Made by a program: the position numbers and the translations under genes
NCBI GenBank assembly: GCA_025966135.1
Contig: JAOPVP010000054.1
Coordinates: 539 to 64,538, forward strand
DNA length: 64,000 nucleotides
Reading direction: 5' to 3'
DNA from: Frankiales bacterium
Lineage (GTDB): Bacteria > Actinomycetota > Actinomycetes > Mycobacteriales > SCTD01
Part shown: positions 9,050 to 17,975 of the stretch, piece after piece
How the letters are laid out: every line of letters begins with the position of its first letter
Numbering within the stretch: the stretch's first letter is position 1
The notes under the pieces: generated by a model
Databases searched by the model: none
The model's input: only the letters and a program-made list of their open reading frames with translations
What the model was told of the DNA's origin: nothing

Positions 9050-9700
9050 TCACGATGTAGCCGAGCGCGGGCGCTTCCGCGGCGCGGGGACGGCGCGCAG
9101 CTCGCCGCGCGGGCTCTCCTTCGCGAGCTCCAGCGACCGCTGGGTCAGCGCATGCAACGACTCCGTCGAGCCGTGAGCGAGCCACCACTCGTAGGCGTAC
9201 TCCGCGGCCGCCAGGGTCGTGCGGACGAGCACACCGGCGCGCAGGTCGCGGTGGGCATCGATGCCGAGTCGCTCGGCCACCATGGCGATGAGGTCGTCGC
9301 GCTCGACATCGGCGAGCAAGGACGCACGACGAAGGCTCGCGGGCGCGGAGGCCATCGCCCGACGCCAGAGCTCGACCGTGCCATCTTCGTGAACGAACTG
9401 CGCCGTGCGGGCCAGCAAGGACTCCGCGAGGGAGTCGACCACGTCCTCGTCGGTGGGACGGCTCCGGAAGTTGGACACGACCTCGGCCCGGCCGCGCTGA
9501 ACGACCCCGAGCAGCAACTGCTCCTTGCTCTGCACGTGCCTGAAGAAGGTGCTGGGCGAGATACCTACCTCCTCCGCGATGGCCTCGGTGGTGACGGCGT
9601 CGAACCCCTGCTCCGCGAACAGGCGAAGGGCGACCCGGTCTATCTCCGCGCGCAGCTCGGCGCGTTGCCGGTCACGTAGACGCATGGGCTTCTGGTCCAT
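9050..9700 (-). CDS. TetR/AcrR-family transcriptional regulator
   Basis: Inside ORF 9050..9796, starting at ATG 9700 (MDQKPMRLRDRQRAELRAEIDRVALRLFAEQGFDAVTTEAIAEEVGISPSTFFRHV). The TGATG overlap with the SDR stop supports this start. Confidence 0.85.
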   Translation of the reverse strand: MDQKPMRLRDRQRAELRAEIDRVALRLFAEQGFDAVTTEAIAEEVGISPSTFFRHVQSKEQLLLGVVQRGRAEVVSNFRSRPTDEDVVDSLAESLLARTAQFVHEDGTVELWRRAMASAPASLRRASLLADVERDDLIAMVAERLGIDAHRDLRAGVLVRTTLAAAEYAYEWWLAHGSTESLHALTQRSLELAKESPRGELRAVPAPRKRPRSATS

Positions 9701-10509
9701 CAGGCCTGTTCTGTGGGCTCGAGGGCAGGAGTCGGGATGTCGAAAGCGGGGCTGCTGCACCCGCCGTCGACCTGCAAGATCTTGCCGGTCACCCATGCCG
9801 AGGCAGGGGACGCGAGGTAGAGCGCGGCGCAGGCGATGTCCTCGGGCTGGCCCGGACGGCGCATCGGAGTCTTGGCCTCGAACTGCCGCCGCATCGCGTC
9901 GTTCTCCAGCACGCCGGCGAGACCCTGCGTGTCGATGCCGCCGCAGCCGATCGCGTTGATGCGCACCCGCGGGGCCAACTCGGCCGCAAGATTCTCGGTC
10001 ATGCGGTTGAGGGCGGCCTTGGCGGCGCCGTAGGCCATGAGGGACGTGAGGACCATGTCTGCCGAGCGCGAGGAGATGTTGACGACGCTGCCACTGCCCA
10101 CCGTGTCGACCATCGCGCGGGCGGCGAGCTTGGTGAGCAGGAACGGGGAGGTCACGTTGAAGCGCATCGCCGTCTCGAAGTACCGCTCTGAGGTCAGCAT
10201 GCCCGGGCGCGGCTGGGTGCCTCCGGCGTTGTTGATGAGGATGTCGAGCCGCCCGAAGGTGCCCACGGCCTCGGCCACAAGGCTCTCGAGCTGATCGGTC
10301 TGCATGACATCGGTCGTCAAGGCGTGTCCGCGACGGCCGGTGGCCTCGATGAGAGCGACGACCTCATCGAGGTCGGAACGGGTGCGGGCCGCCACGACCA
10401 CATCGGCGCCCGCCTCAGCCAGCCCGACGGCGATGCCGCGACCGATGCCCTGTCCCGCGCCGGTCACGATGGCGACCTTGTCGGTCACCTTGAAGCGGTC
10501 GAGGATCAT
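9700..10509 (-). CDS. SDR-family NAD(P)-dependent oxidoreductase
   Basis: Inside ORF 9700..10767, starting at ATG 10509 (MILDRFKVTDKVAIVTGAGQGIGRG, TGxxxGxG). Also has NNAG and the active-site Y-x3-K (YGAAKAA). ATGA overlap with the upstream gene. Confidence 0.9.
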   Translation of the reverse strand: MILDRFKVTDKVAIVTGAGQGIGRGIAVGLAEAGADVVVAARTRSDLDEVVALIEATGRRGHALTTDVMQTDQLESLVAEAVGTFGRLDILINNAGGTQPRPGMLTSERYFETAMRFNVTSPFLLTKLAARAMVDTVGSGSVVNISSRSADMVLTSLMAYGAAKAALNRMTENLAAELAPRVRINAIGCGGIDTQGLAGVLENDAMRRQFEAKTPMRRPGQPEDIACAALYLASPASAWVTGKILQVDGGCSSPAFDIPTPALEPTEQA

Positions 10510-11582
10510 CGACCTGCCCCCCGTCCGAGTTCGCGCGCGGCCCGCCCCGCGATGAGCGGCAGTTCGAGGTAGGTCTTGATGCCAGGCTCGGCCTGGCACA
10601 CGTAGGGGATGGCGCTCACGCAGTGGTTGGCGGTACTGACCACACCGGCGTTGCGCTCCAGGCCGGCGGCGACCGACTCGGGGTGCAGCCCCGTGAAGAC
10701 CATCTGCACCGACGGGTCGCCCTGCACCTCGACCTCGAAGCGCTCGCCCTGCGCGCCGAACGACCACGCGGGGTCGAGGTGCTCCTCCCCCATCAGCCAG
10801 TTCACCGACGCCGTGACGACCGGCTCGCCGTCGACGAGCGCCTCCCAGACGAAACGACGAGCTGCGACGTGACCGGGCTCGATGACTCCGATCGGCGAAT
10901 CGATCGGCGCGGTGGCGACGGCGACCTCCTGCGTCGAGCGGAGAGCCGGCTCCGCGGCGAAGCCGAGCTCATCCACGACCATCCGCATGGACGCCTTGAA
11001 GCCGGCTCCGAGCAGGGACAGCATCGGACTCTGGAGGGCCTGCTCCGGCGTGCCTCCGAAACCCATGATGTCGCGTACGACGTCCGGCGCCCCATAGGTG
11101 CGGATGTCGGAGAACTCCTCGGCCCGCACCTTGGTCACGGCGGAGGTCAGCGCCGACAGCATGAGCGGGAAGCGCTCCGTGATCCCTCCGGGGTGGATGC
11201 CGGTGCCGTGAAGGGTGGCCTTGCCCTCCTGGCATGCCTCCTCGATGGCCACGCTGCGAGGACGGGTGCGGTCGGGATAGATCCAGCCGACCGGCGTGAC
11301 GACGTTCTTCCCCGAGCGCAGCAGGGCAGCGACCTCGTCGTCGTCGGCCACCAGCGGCGCGTACACGACACAGTCGGCGTCGAGCGCGAGGATCTCCTCG
11401 AGGGAGTCTGTCGCGAGCACCCCCAGGGGGGCTCCGCCGACAAGCTCGCCGACGTCACGCCCGCGCTTGTCCGCGCTGTAGACGCGACAACCCACCAGCT
11501 CGAGGTCCTGGTGCCGCAGGATCCCCTCGATCGAGGCCCGGCCGACGCCTCCTGTCGCCCACTGAACAACCCGGAACACCAT
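10506..11582 (-). CDS. NAD(P)H-dependent amine dehydrogenase / DapB-N-like oxidoreductase family protein
   Basis: 361-aa ORF. N-terminal Rossmann segment FRVVQWATGGVGRASIEGIL, then NVVTPVGW and LHGTGIHPGG. The start is either 11582 or 11591. Confidence 0.7.
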   Translation of the reverse strand: MVFRVVQWATGGVGRASIEGILRHQDLELVGCRVYSADKRGRDVGELVGGAPLGVLATDSLEEILALDADCVVYAPLVADDDEVAALLRSGKNVVTPVGWIYPDRTRPRSVAIEEACQEGKATLHGTGIHPGGITERFPLMLSALTSAVTKVRAEEFSDIRTYGAPDVVRDIMGFGGTPEQALQSPMLSLLGAGFKASMRMVVDELGFAAEPALRSTQEVAVATAPIDSPIGVIEPGHVAARRFVWEALVDGEPVVTASVNWLMGEEHLDPAWSFGAQGERFEVEVQGDPSVQMVFTGLHPESVAAGLERNAGVVSTANHCVSAIPYVCQAEPGIKTYLELPLIAGRAARELGRGAGR

Positions 11583-11791
11583 GTGGCCCACCTCTCGCTC
11601 ATGTTGAGCACGTGAGCCTCCCGAAGTTGGGAGTCACTGTCAAAATGACCGTCAGATGTGATGTGAGAGTTTCTGTCATAAGCACTTGGAGCCTGCGGCA
11701 CGTGGCTGCGTCACACCTGCGCCTGCTTCACAAGGCCGTGGTGCTCATCACCCACGCATGACGCCCTGGTGAGGGAACTTGTCGCGAGGCG

Positions 11792-12259
11792 TCATTGCGC
11801 TCCCGTCGCGCGGCCGCCTTCCTGCGACTCGGGTTCGCGTCCGAGCGTCGGTACACCTGTCAGCCGAACCAGGGCGGCAAAGCCGTCGTCGGTCCCGGGC
11901 CAGTGCTCGCGGAGCACGTCGGCTCCGACGCGGCGGGCGACCGCACGCAGCACCCACGCGACCGCGATCGCGTCGTCGGCGTAGCCGAGCACCGGGATGA
12001 CGTCGGGAATGAGATCGACGGGCATCGCGAGGTAGGCCAACAGCAAGCCGACTCGAACGCGAACCGACCGAGGAAGGGTCCTGTCGACGGCGAGGCGATG
12101 GAGCAGCCGCACGAGGTCGGGCAGCAACCGCAGGGCCTCGGCGAGCAAGCCCTTGCGAGGTCGCGCGAGGGCGAGCGCCGCCAGCAGCAGCAACCAGACG
12201 AGGAGCAGCCCACCGACTGCGGCGAGGACCATCGCGACCGCGGTGCTCAACGGGAGCAC
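11792..12259 (-). CDS. DUF1232 (YkvA-family) membrane protein
   Basis: 155-aa ORF with an N-terminal TM segment and the hallmark VDLIPDVIPVLGYADD. Confidence 0.75.
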   Translation of the reverse strand: MLPLSTAVAMVLAAVGGLLLVWLLLLAALALARPRKGLLAEALRLLPDLVRLLHRLAVDRTLPRSVRVRVGLLLAYLAMPVDLIPDVIPVLGYADDAIAVAWVLRAVARRVGADVLREHWPGTDDGFAALVRLTGVPTLGREPESQEGGRATGAQ

Positions 12260-12346
12260 CCTGCTCGTCTCATCACCTCACGGTACGACGACAGCCGCTG
12301 TCACGGGGCGCGTGTCACCACTGCGCGGCTCGGCACCGACAACGCG

Positions 12347-13198
12347 TCAGCGGCCAAGGTCGACCGCCTGGGCCGGCACCGTCAGATCCGGACGCGTTAC
12401 CCGGACGGCTGCGAGCCAGTCGCCACGTCCGACGCCGGCCTGGCGGGGAAGTCGGTACAGGTAGGGCCTTCCGGGAGCAACCTCCAGACCGCAAGCCGCG
12501 GGCCACGCTTTCAAGGCCGCGAGGTTCGGCACCCACCACGAGTACCGGTTGCCGGGTCGCGCCGGCCGGAACTCCGCGACCGCGGTGCGTGGGTGCTTGA
12601 GGGTGGCGGGCACCGAGATGGTCTCGATGAGCACCGCCTCGCCGCCGGGTCGCAACGTGTCACGCACCCGTTCCAGTGCACCGACAGGGTCGCGCAGGTG
12701 CTGCAGGATCGTTCCGACCACGGCGAAGTCGACGCGCCCGCCGATGGCCTCGGGCGTGAGGTGACGCACGTTGCAGCCCAGCCACCGGGCGCTCGACCGG
12801 CGGACCGCCGCCGCGAGGTGAAAGCCGTCGCCGGGCATCACCTTGCTCTCGCGCGCCTGCTTGAGATTGCCCTCGCGGTGGAGAGGCGGGTGCTCGAGCT
12901 CCTCTGGGTCGACGACGTCGATGCCGACCACCTCGCCGGCGCCGCGGTCTTCCATCGCAAAGGCGTAGAAGCCGTCGAACGTGCCCACGTCCAGGCAGCG
13001 CCGCCCGCTCAGGTCTGCCGGCAGGGCACGTGCGAGCAGCGGCCGCAGGTCCGCGAAGCCTGGAGTCGCCACGCCAGGCAACAGGTCCATCGTGTGGTAC
13101 CAGCCAGGCTGGTGCTCCAACGCCAGCCGGGCGGCGGCAGACCGATCCGGCTCGGTGCGGATGCGCTCCAGCAGGACGGCGTCCATCTGTCTCCTCAT
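12347..13198 (-). CDS. Class I SAM-dependent methyltransferase
   Basis: Inside ORF 12347..13237. Motif I CLDVGTFDGFYAF, then GAGEVVGIDV and LRPGGEAVL. The start is 13198 or 13186. Confidence 0.8.
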   Translation of the reverse strand: MRRQMDAVLLERIRTEPDRSAAARLALEHQPGWYHTMDLLPGVATPGFADLRPLLARALPADLSGRRCLDVGTFDGFYAFAMEDRGAGEVVGIDVVDPEELEHPPLHREGNLKQARESKVMPGDGFHLAAAVRRSSARWLGCNVRHLTPEAIGGRVDFAVVGTILQHLRDPVGALERVRDTLRPGGEAVLIETISVPATLKHPRTAVAEFRPARPGNRYSWWVPNLAALKAWPAACGLEVAPGRPYLYRLPRQAGVGRGDWLAAVRVTRPDLTVPAQAVDLGR

Positions 13199-13342
13199 GA
13201 ACCATCGAAACGATGGGGAAGCACAATGTGGCCGCAACGTAACTCCCGAACCCAGCTTTTCCTAGCAATGAGCACTTATCCGACTACCTGACCTCCGGGC
13301 CAGGGCGGTGCGGACGCGCCTTGTAGGCTCGCGGCGCGTCGC

Positions 13343-13411
13343 GGCGGTGGGGCTCGCCGAGTCAGAACCGGCGCACCTGGCGGCCAACGGTCCGTACGGA
13401 TACCCCTGTAC
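13343..13411 (+). promoter_or_regulatory. Weak candidate for a divergent fluoride (crcB-motif) riboswitch aptamer
   Basis: GGCG-GUGGGGCU-CGCC has the same 4-8-4 layout as the GGCG-AUGGAGUU-CGCC core I recall for crcB-motif RNAs. A downstream ACCCCUGUAC could pair with the GGGG. The Shine-Dalgarno GAGGGAGGG (13412..13420) and crcB ATG 13429 follow directly. It deviates at the conserved GAUG (here GGUG) and the 3' AUGA. Confidence 0.25.
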
Positions 13412-13428
13412 GAGGGAGGGTTCCCGTC

Positions 13429-13938
13429 ATGCGCGCTGAGGGCGGGCTCACGCCCGGAGCCGCTGCTGGCCAGGCCGCTGCGGCCACCCCGTTCGAGCAG
13501 CACGACCGGGCCCGTTGGCCGCGGTTGCGGGCCCGGGTCGTCGCAGCCGTCTTCGTCGGCGGCTGTGTGGGTGGGCTGGGTCGCTACCTGGTGGATCAGG
13601 CCTGGCCCGCCGGCGCGCATGCCTTCCCGTGGGCGACCTTCACCATCAACACGACCGGTTCGTTCCTGCTGGGCCTGCTGCTGGTCCTGGTCACAGAGAT
13701 GCTCCCACCGACGACGTACGTCCGGCCGTTGCTCGGCACCGGCTTCTGCGGGGCGTGGACGACCTTCTCCGCGGTGACAGCTGGCACGGACCAACTGGTG
13801 GCCCATGGGCACGCCGCCATGGGCGTGGTCGTCGTACTGGCCAGCGTGCTGGCTGGTCTGGCCGCCGCGTCGTGCGGGCTGGTTGCCGGCAGGTCGGTCG
13901 CGGCGCACCGTCGACGACGACAGCCAGGAGTGGCCTGA
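13429..13938 (+). CDS. crcB: Fluoride channel CrcB/FluC, subunit 1
   Basis: 169-aa ORF with [10 protein letters not shown]...[13 protein letters not shown]...[21 protein letters not shown] precedes the ATG. Confidence 0.9.
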   Translation: MRAEGGLTPGAAAGQAAAATPFEQHDRARWPRLRARVVAAVFVGGCVGGLGRYLVDQAWPAGAHAFPWATFTINTTGSFLLGLLLVLVTEMLPPTTYVRPLLGTGFCGAWTTFSAVTAGTDQLVAHGHAAMGVVVVLASVLAGLAAASCGLVAGRSVAAHRRRRQPGVA

Positions 13939-14297
13939 TGCGACTGCAGGGACCGGCGCAGCGACTCACGATCTTCATCGGTGAGTCCGACCACCACCAT
14001 CATCACAGCTTGTGCTCGGAGATCGTCCAGCGTGCCCAGCAGGCGGGGCTCGCCGGCTGCTCGGTGTTCCGAGGCATCGAGGGGTTCGGTGCCAGCCGCA
14101 CTCTGCACACCACGCACGTGCTCAGCCTGTCCGACGACCTGCCGATCGCGATCGTGATCGTCGACGCCGCGGAGCGCATCCGGGCCTTCCTGCCGGAGCT
14201 CGACGAGCTCATCACCGAGGGTCTGGTGATCGTCGACGACGTCGAGGTCGTCCGCTACGTCGGCCGACCACCATCGGCGGAGGAGGCGAAGCCCTGA
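13938..14297 (+). CDS. DUF190 domain protein (PII-like, associated with crcB)
   Basis: Frame of ORF 13515..14297. ATG 13938 overlaps the crcB stop (TGATG). Sequence: [51 protein letters not shown]. Confidence 0.8.
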   Translation: MRLQGPAQRLTIFIGESDHHHHHSLCSEIVQRAQQAGLAGCSVFRGIEGFGASRTLHTTHVLSLSDDLPIAIVIVDAAERIRAFLPELDELITEGLVIVDDVEVVRYVGRPPSAEEAKP

Positions 14298-14662
14298 TGC
14301 GCACGCTCGTCGTCGCGGTCGCCGCCGGTGCTGGGGCGGTGACCCGCTACCTGCTCGACCAGATCGTCCAGCACCGGGCTACCTCGCAGTTCCCCTACGG
14401 GACGCTGCTCATCAACGTGACCGGGTCGCTCCTGCTGGGCCTGGTCCTCGGGCTGTCGGCCCATCACGGGTTCTCGTCAGATGCCACGGTGGTGGTGGGG
14501 ACCGGCTTCGCCGGCGGCTACACCACGCTGTCGACCTGGGCATGGGAGACCCTCGCGCTCGCCGAGTCCGGAGCCCGGCTGCAGGCGGTCGTCAACGTCG
14601 TGGGCAGTGTCGTCCTGGGCTTGCTCGCCGCCGCGACGGGCTTCGGCCTGGCGCTCCTGTGA
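14297..14662 (+). CDS. crcB: Fluoride channel CrcB/FluC, subunit 2
   Basis: Frame of ORF 14012..14662. ATG 14297 overlaps the DUF190 stop (TGATG). Sequence: GAVTRYLLDQ...GTLLINVTGSLLLG...GTGFAGGYTTLSTW. Confidence 0.9.
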   Translation: MRTLVVAVAAGAGAVTRYLLDQIVQHRATSQFPYGTLLINVTGSLLLGLVLGLSAHHGFSSDATVVVGTGFAGGYTTLSTWAWETLALAESGARLQAVVNVVGSVVLGLLAAATGFGLALL

Positions 14663-14678
14663 CCGCCGCCGGATACGG

Positions 14679-15326
14679 CTAGGACGCGCTGGCCGCAGGC
14701 GGTTCGTCCCGCCAGCGAAGGTGCAGGTGGATTCCCTCGTCCCGCAGCGCCCGACGCCCCATGATCACGCAGCACGCGACCGCCATCGCTGACAGCACCG
14801 GCGCCAGCACCGAGCGCGCCAGCAGCACGGCGTCGTAGTGGTCCGCGACCAGCAGCTGCAGGGCGACCGTCCCGTTGACGATGTTGACCATCGCCCATAC
14901 CAGAGACAGCCGGCGCAGCACCCGCTGCACCCTGACGAGCGCGGTCACGTGTGCGGGCAGACCGACGAAGTCGCGGGCAAACCGCTCGGTGAGCGGCCGG
15001 CGAAGCAGCACGGAGCCGGCGAACGCCGCCGCCAGCACGAAGGCGTTGATCGTCGGCGTCAGCAGGTACACGAAGGTGGAGTGGAACGCCAGTGCCACCC
15101 CCGTCCGGGTGGTGAACAGCAGCGCCCCGACCACGAGGACCGCCGGCAGCGCAACGCCCCGGGCCCAGCGACCCGCGATGGCCAGGTAGCACCAGGCGAG
15201 GCCGGCGAACAGAGCCCAGACCAGCCCGGTCAGGTGGAGCATCGCCCAGAAGATCAGCGCCGGGACCAGCGTGCCCTCGACGACTTGGAGCCCGATGCTC
15301 GCGAGCATCGTCCGCAGCGGCGGCAT
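14679..15326 (-). CDS. Integral membrane protein of unknown function
   Basis: Inside ORF 14679..15497, starting at ATG 15326 (MPPLRTMLASIGLQVVEG...). It has several hydrophobic segments. I do not recognise a motif. Confidence 0.6.
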   Translation of the reverse strand: MPPLRTMLASIGLQVVEGTLVPALIFWAMLHLTGLVWALFAGLAWCYLAIAGRWARGVALPAVLVVGALLFTTRTGVALAFHSTFVYLLTPTINAFVLAAAFAGSVLLRRPLTERFARDFVGLPAHVTALVRVQRVLRRLSLVWAMVNIVNGTVALQLLVADHYDAVLLARSVLAPVLSAMAVACCVIMGRRALRDEGIHLHLRWRDEPPAASAS

Positions 15327-15508
15327 GACCACGCCATGGGGGGAGGGCACTGCGTCACCCTCACTCCGGATTGGTCGTGCTGAGTCCGTTTCGTCTCGGA
15401 CCTGTAGGACTACTACCCACACTGACACGTCCGGACCCCAGATGGGCAGGTTGTCGCCTGTGAACCTTCTGGGGACACGAACCCGACCTTCAACCACAGG
15501 AGCACCCG

Positions 15509-15856
15509 ATGGCTGAACACCGCGTCGCCGCCCGACAGGACCTCAAGCCCGGCCAGGTGGTCGGGGCCGGGAAGTACGCGGTCGGCGACAACGGGAAGGA
15601 GCTGTTCGCCGTCACTCGTCGCTGCCGGCACCTCGGTGCCGACCTTGCCAACGGCAGCGTCGACAAGGACGGCTGCCTGGTCTGCCCCTGGCACCAGTCG
15701 GTGTACGACGTCACGACCGGCCGGATGGTCCGCGGACCACAGGGCGTGTTCGCGAAGGTCCCGGGCCTGGGTGCTGCGTTCAAGGCGCTCACCCGGGTTC
15801 TGCCGCTGGGCCGCGGCACGGTCGTCGAGCGCGACGGCGATGTCTTCGTCTCCTGA
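15509..15856 (+). CDS. Rieske (2Fe-2S) domain protein
   Basis: 115-aa ORF with CRHLG...(17 aa)...CPWHQ (CxH / CxxH Rieske ligands). Confidence 0.85.
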   Translation: MAEHRVAARQDLKPGQVVGAGKYAVGDNGKELFAVTRRCRHLGADLANGSVDKDGCLVCPWHQSVYDVTTGRMVRGPQGVFAKVPGLGAAFKALTRVLPLGRGTVVERDGDVFVS

Positions 15857-16256
15857 TACCGGCTACTCCGGCACTCCCCTCCCGGCGAAGTTGGGAATCC
15901 AGGACGGTTCCCGGGTGCTGCTCGATGGCGCGCCGGCCGGCTTCGACCTCGGGCCGCTCCCCGACCACGTCGTCGTGCACGGCCGCGCAGGCTCGTCGCC
16001 GTACGACGTGGGGGTGCTGTTCTGCCCCGACATGGCCCGGCTGGTACGCCGATGGCCGCTCCTGCATGATGCGGTCACCCCGGCCGGTCGCCTGTGGGTG
16101 GCGTGGCCGAAGCGGACGAGCGGCCTCGTGACCGACCTCGACGAGCACCTCGTGCGGGCGCACGGTCTGGCGCACAGCCGGGTCGACACGAAGGTCTGCG
16201 CGATCGACGCCACCTGGTCGGGCCTGGCCTTCGTCGTGCGGCTGAAGGACCGCTAG
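15840..16256 (+). CDS. DUF3052 domain protein
   Basis: Frame of ORF 15636..16256. ATG 15840 gives MSSSPDTGYSGTPLPAKLGIQDGSRVLLDGAPAGF...RLWVAWPKRTSG. It overlaps the Rieske gene end by 17 nt. Confidence 0.65.
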   Translation: MSSSPDTGYSGTPLPAKLGIQDGSRVLLDGAPAGFDLGPLPDHVVVHGRAGSSPYDVGVLFCPDMARLVRRWPLLHDAVTPAGRLWVAWPKRTSGLVTDLDEHLVRAHGLAHSRVDTKVCAIDATWSGLAFVVRLKDR

Positions 16257-17791
16257 CAGGTGGCGGCGGCCGGGACCTTCAGCGAGACGAGGTAGTTGTC
16301 GACGGGCGCCGTGATGCAGCTCGGTGCACCGATGCGGTAGACGGTGTGCCCGTCCCCGACGTGCGTGAGCAGGATCCCGCGCGCGAGCTGCTTGGCCAGC
16401 CCCTGCGCCCACGAGTACGGAGTCGCCGGGTCGCGGGTGGTCCCGATGACGACGACCGGCGGGCCGCCCGTCCCGTTCACCCGGTGCGGCGTGCTCACCG
16501 GCGGGACCGGCCAGACCGCGCAGCCCAGCCCGGACAGCGCGATACCTGGCCCGAAGCGCGGGTACTGCTTACCCACCCGCTTCGCCAGAGCTTGGTACGG
16601 CGCATCCGTCCGCGGCCATGGCCGGTCGATGCAGTTCACCGACAGGTTGGCCTCGGAGATGTTGGCGTAGCCCAGGCTGGTGCGCTCGAGATAGAAGTCG
16701 CTCAGGGACAGCAGCGCATCGCCTCTTCCCTGGACGGCTCTGGCGAGCGCGTTCGCAATCGCCGGCCAGCCGCTGCGGCGGTCGTACAGCCCGGCACCGA
16801 CGCCCAGCTGGAACTCGTCGGATCCGACCGTGCGGTTCCCGTCCCCGGCCAGCGGATGCGCGTCGACCTTGGCGGCCAGGTCGTCGTAGGCCTTCGTCAG
16901 GTCGCCGGTGACAGCCTGGCGGAAGGCGCAGCTGGTCCGTTGGCAGTCGGTCAGGAAGGCGTTGAGGGCGACGTCGAAGCCCCGGGCCTGCCCAGCGAGC
17001 AGCTGGTCCCAGGTCAGTGTGGGGTCGAGGGCGCCGTCGAGGACCATCGCTCGCACGTGGGTCGGGAACTGGTCGAGGTAGGACGCCCCGATCGACGTGC
17101 CGTAGGAGTAGCCGAGGTAGGTGAGCTTGCTGTCGCCCAGGGCCTGCCGGACCCGGTCCATGTCCTGCGCCACGATCGTGGTGGCAACGTAGGGCAAGAC
17201 CCGGCCGGACCGTCGCTGGCAGCCTGCAGCGAGCTTGTTGTTGCCGGCGTCGAGCGCCGCCCACTCCGCCGGGGTGTCCGGCACCGGGTCGAGGTGGAAG
17301 TAGGCGTCGAGCTCCGCGGTGGTCTCACAACGGACCGGTGCCGTTCGGCCGACCCCACGGGGATCGAAGGCCACGAGGTCGAAGTGCTCACGGATCGTCT
17401 GCGGGAAGCTGGTGTAGTCGCCCTGGAGGAACTCCACAGCGGAGGCACCCGGTCCGCCGGGATTGACCAGCATCGAGCCGATGCGGCTGCCACCGGTGGC
17501 GCGGTGACGAGTCAGGGCCAGAGCGACGGTGCCCGCGGAGGGCTTTGCGTCGTCGAGCGGGACGGTGAGGGTCGCGCACTGGAAGCCGCTGCCGCAGGCC
17601 GTCCACGCCGACAGGATCCCGGCGGACGGTGTGCTGGTCGGGGGCGTCGTGGAGTTCACCGGGGGTGCGGTCGTGGTGGCCCGGCTCGGCGACGGGCTCT
17701 TGGCCCCCACCGTGGGTCCGTTGCCGCCGCTGCAGGCGGACACGAACGCGAGACCGGCGACGAGCAGGGCAGACAGACCGGGGCGGCGCAC
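16253..17791 (-). CDS. Secreted alpha/beta hydrolase, tripeptidyl-aminopeptidase (Tap) family lipoprotein
   Basis: 512-aa ORF with signal and lipobox MRRPGLSALLVAGLAFVSAC, nucleophile elbow LGYSYGT, and the family's typical C-terminal region. Confidence 0.8.
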   Translation of the reverse strand: MRRPGLSALLVAGLAFVSACSGGNGPTVGAKSPSPSRATTTAPPVNSTTPPTSTPSAGILSAWTACGSGFQCATLTVPLDDAKPSAGTVALALTRHRATGGSRIGSMLVNPGGPGASAVEFLQGDYTSFPQTIREHFDLVAFDPRGVGRTAPVRCETTAELDAYFHLDPVPDTPAEWAALDAGNNKLAAGCQRRSGRVLPYVATTIVAQDMDRVRQALGDSKLTYLGYSYGTSIGASYLDQFPTHVRAMVLDGALDPTLTWDQLLAGQARGFDVALNAFLTDCQRTSCAFRQAVTGDLTKAYDDLAAKVDAHPLAGDGNRTVGSDEFQLGVGAGLYDRRSGWPAIANALARAVQGRGDALLSLSDFYLERTSLGYANISEANLSVNCIDRPWPRTDAPYQALAKRVGKQYPRFGPGIALSGLGCAVWPVPPVSTPHRVNGTGGPPVVVIGTTRDPATPYSWAQGLAKQLARGILLTHVGDGHTVYRIGAPSCITAPVDNYLVSLKVPAAATC

Positions 17792-17975
17792 CGCATCAGT
17801 CTGTCAGGTTTGACTCCCACCACGTGTTCCGCGACCACGCGGTGACCAGAACGTGCCGCGGCTCGCGTGCACACGGCGCGTCACGCTCACCTGCCGCTCA
17901 GTTGACGTCCGCACGGGAGTAATCTTGGTCCCCGGCAGCCAGCCATCCGACCCATCCCGAGGCGGCGTTTTCAGC

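Noticed and set aside
16094-17845. 583-aa + strand ORF
   Set aside because: It is an antisense shadow of the Tap-family hydrolase gene. It has no motifs and an Arg/Gly/Pro-rich composition.
17890-17920. TTGACG ... TAATCT as a kgd promoter
   Set aside because: The spacer is only 12 nt, which is incompatible with a sigma-70-type promoter.
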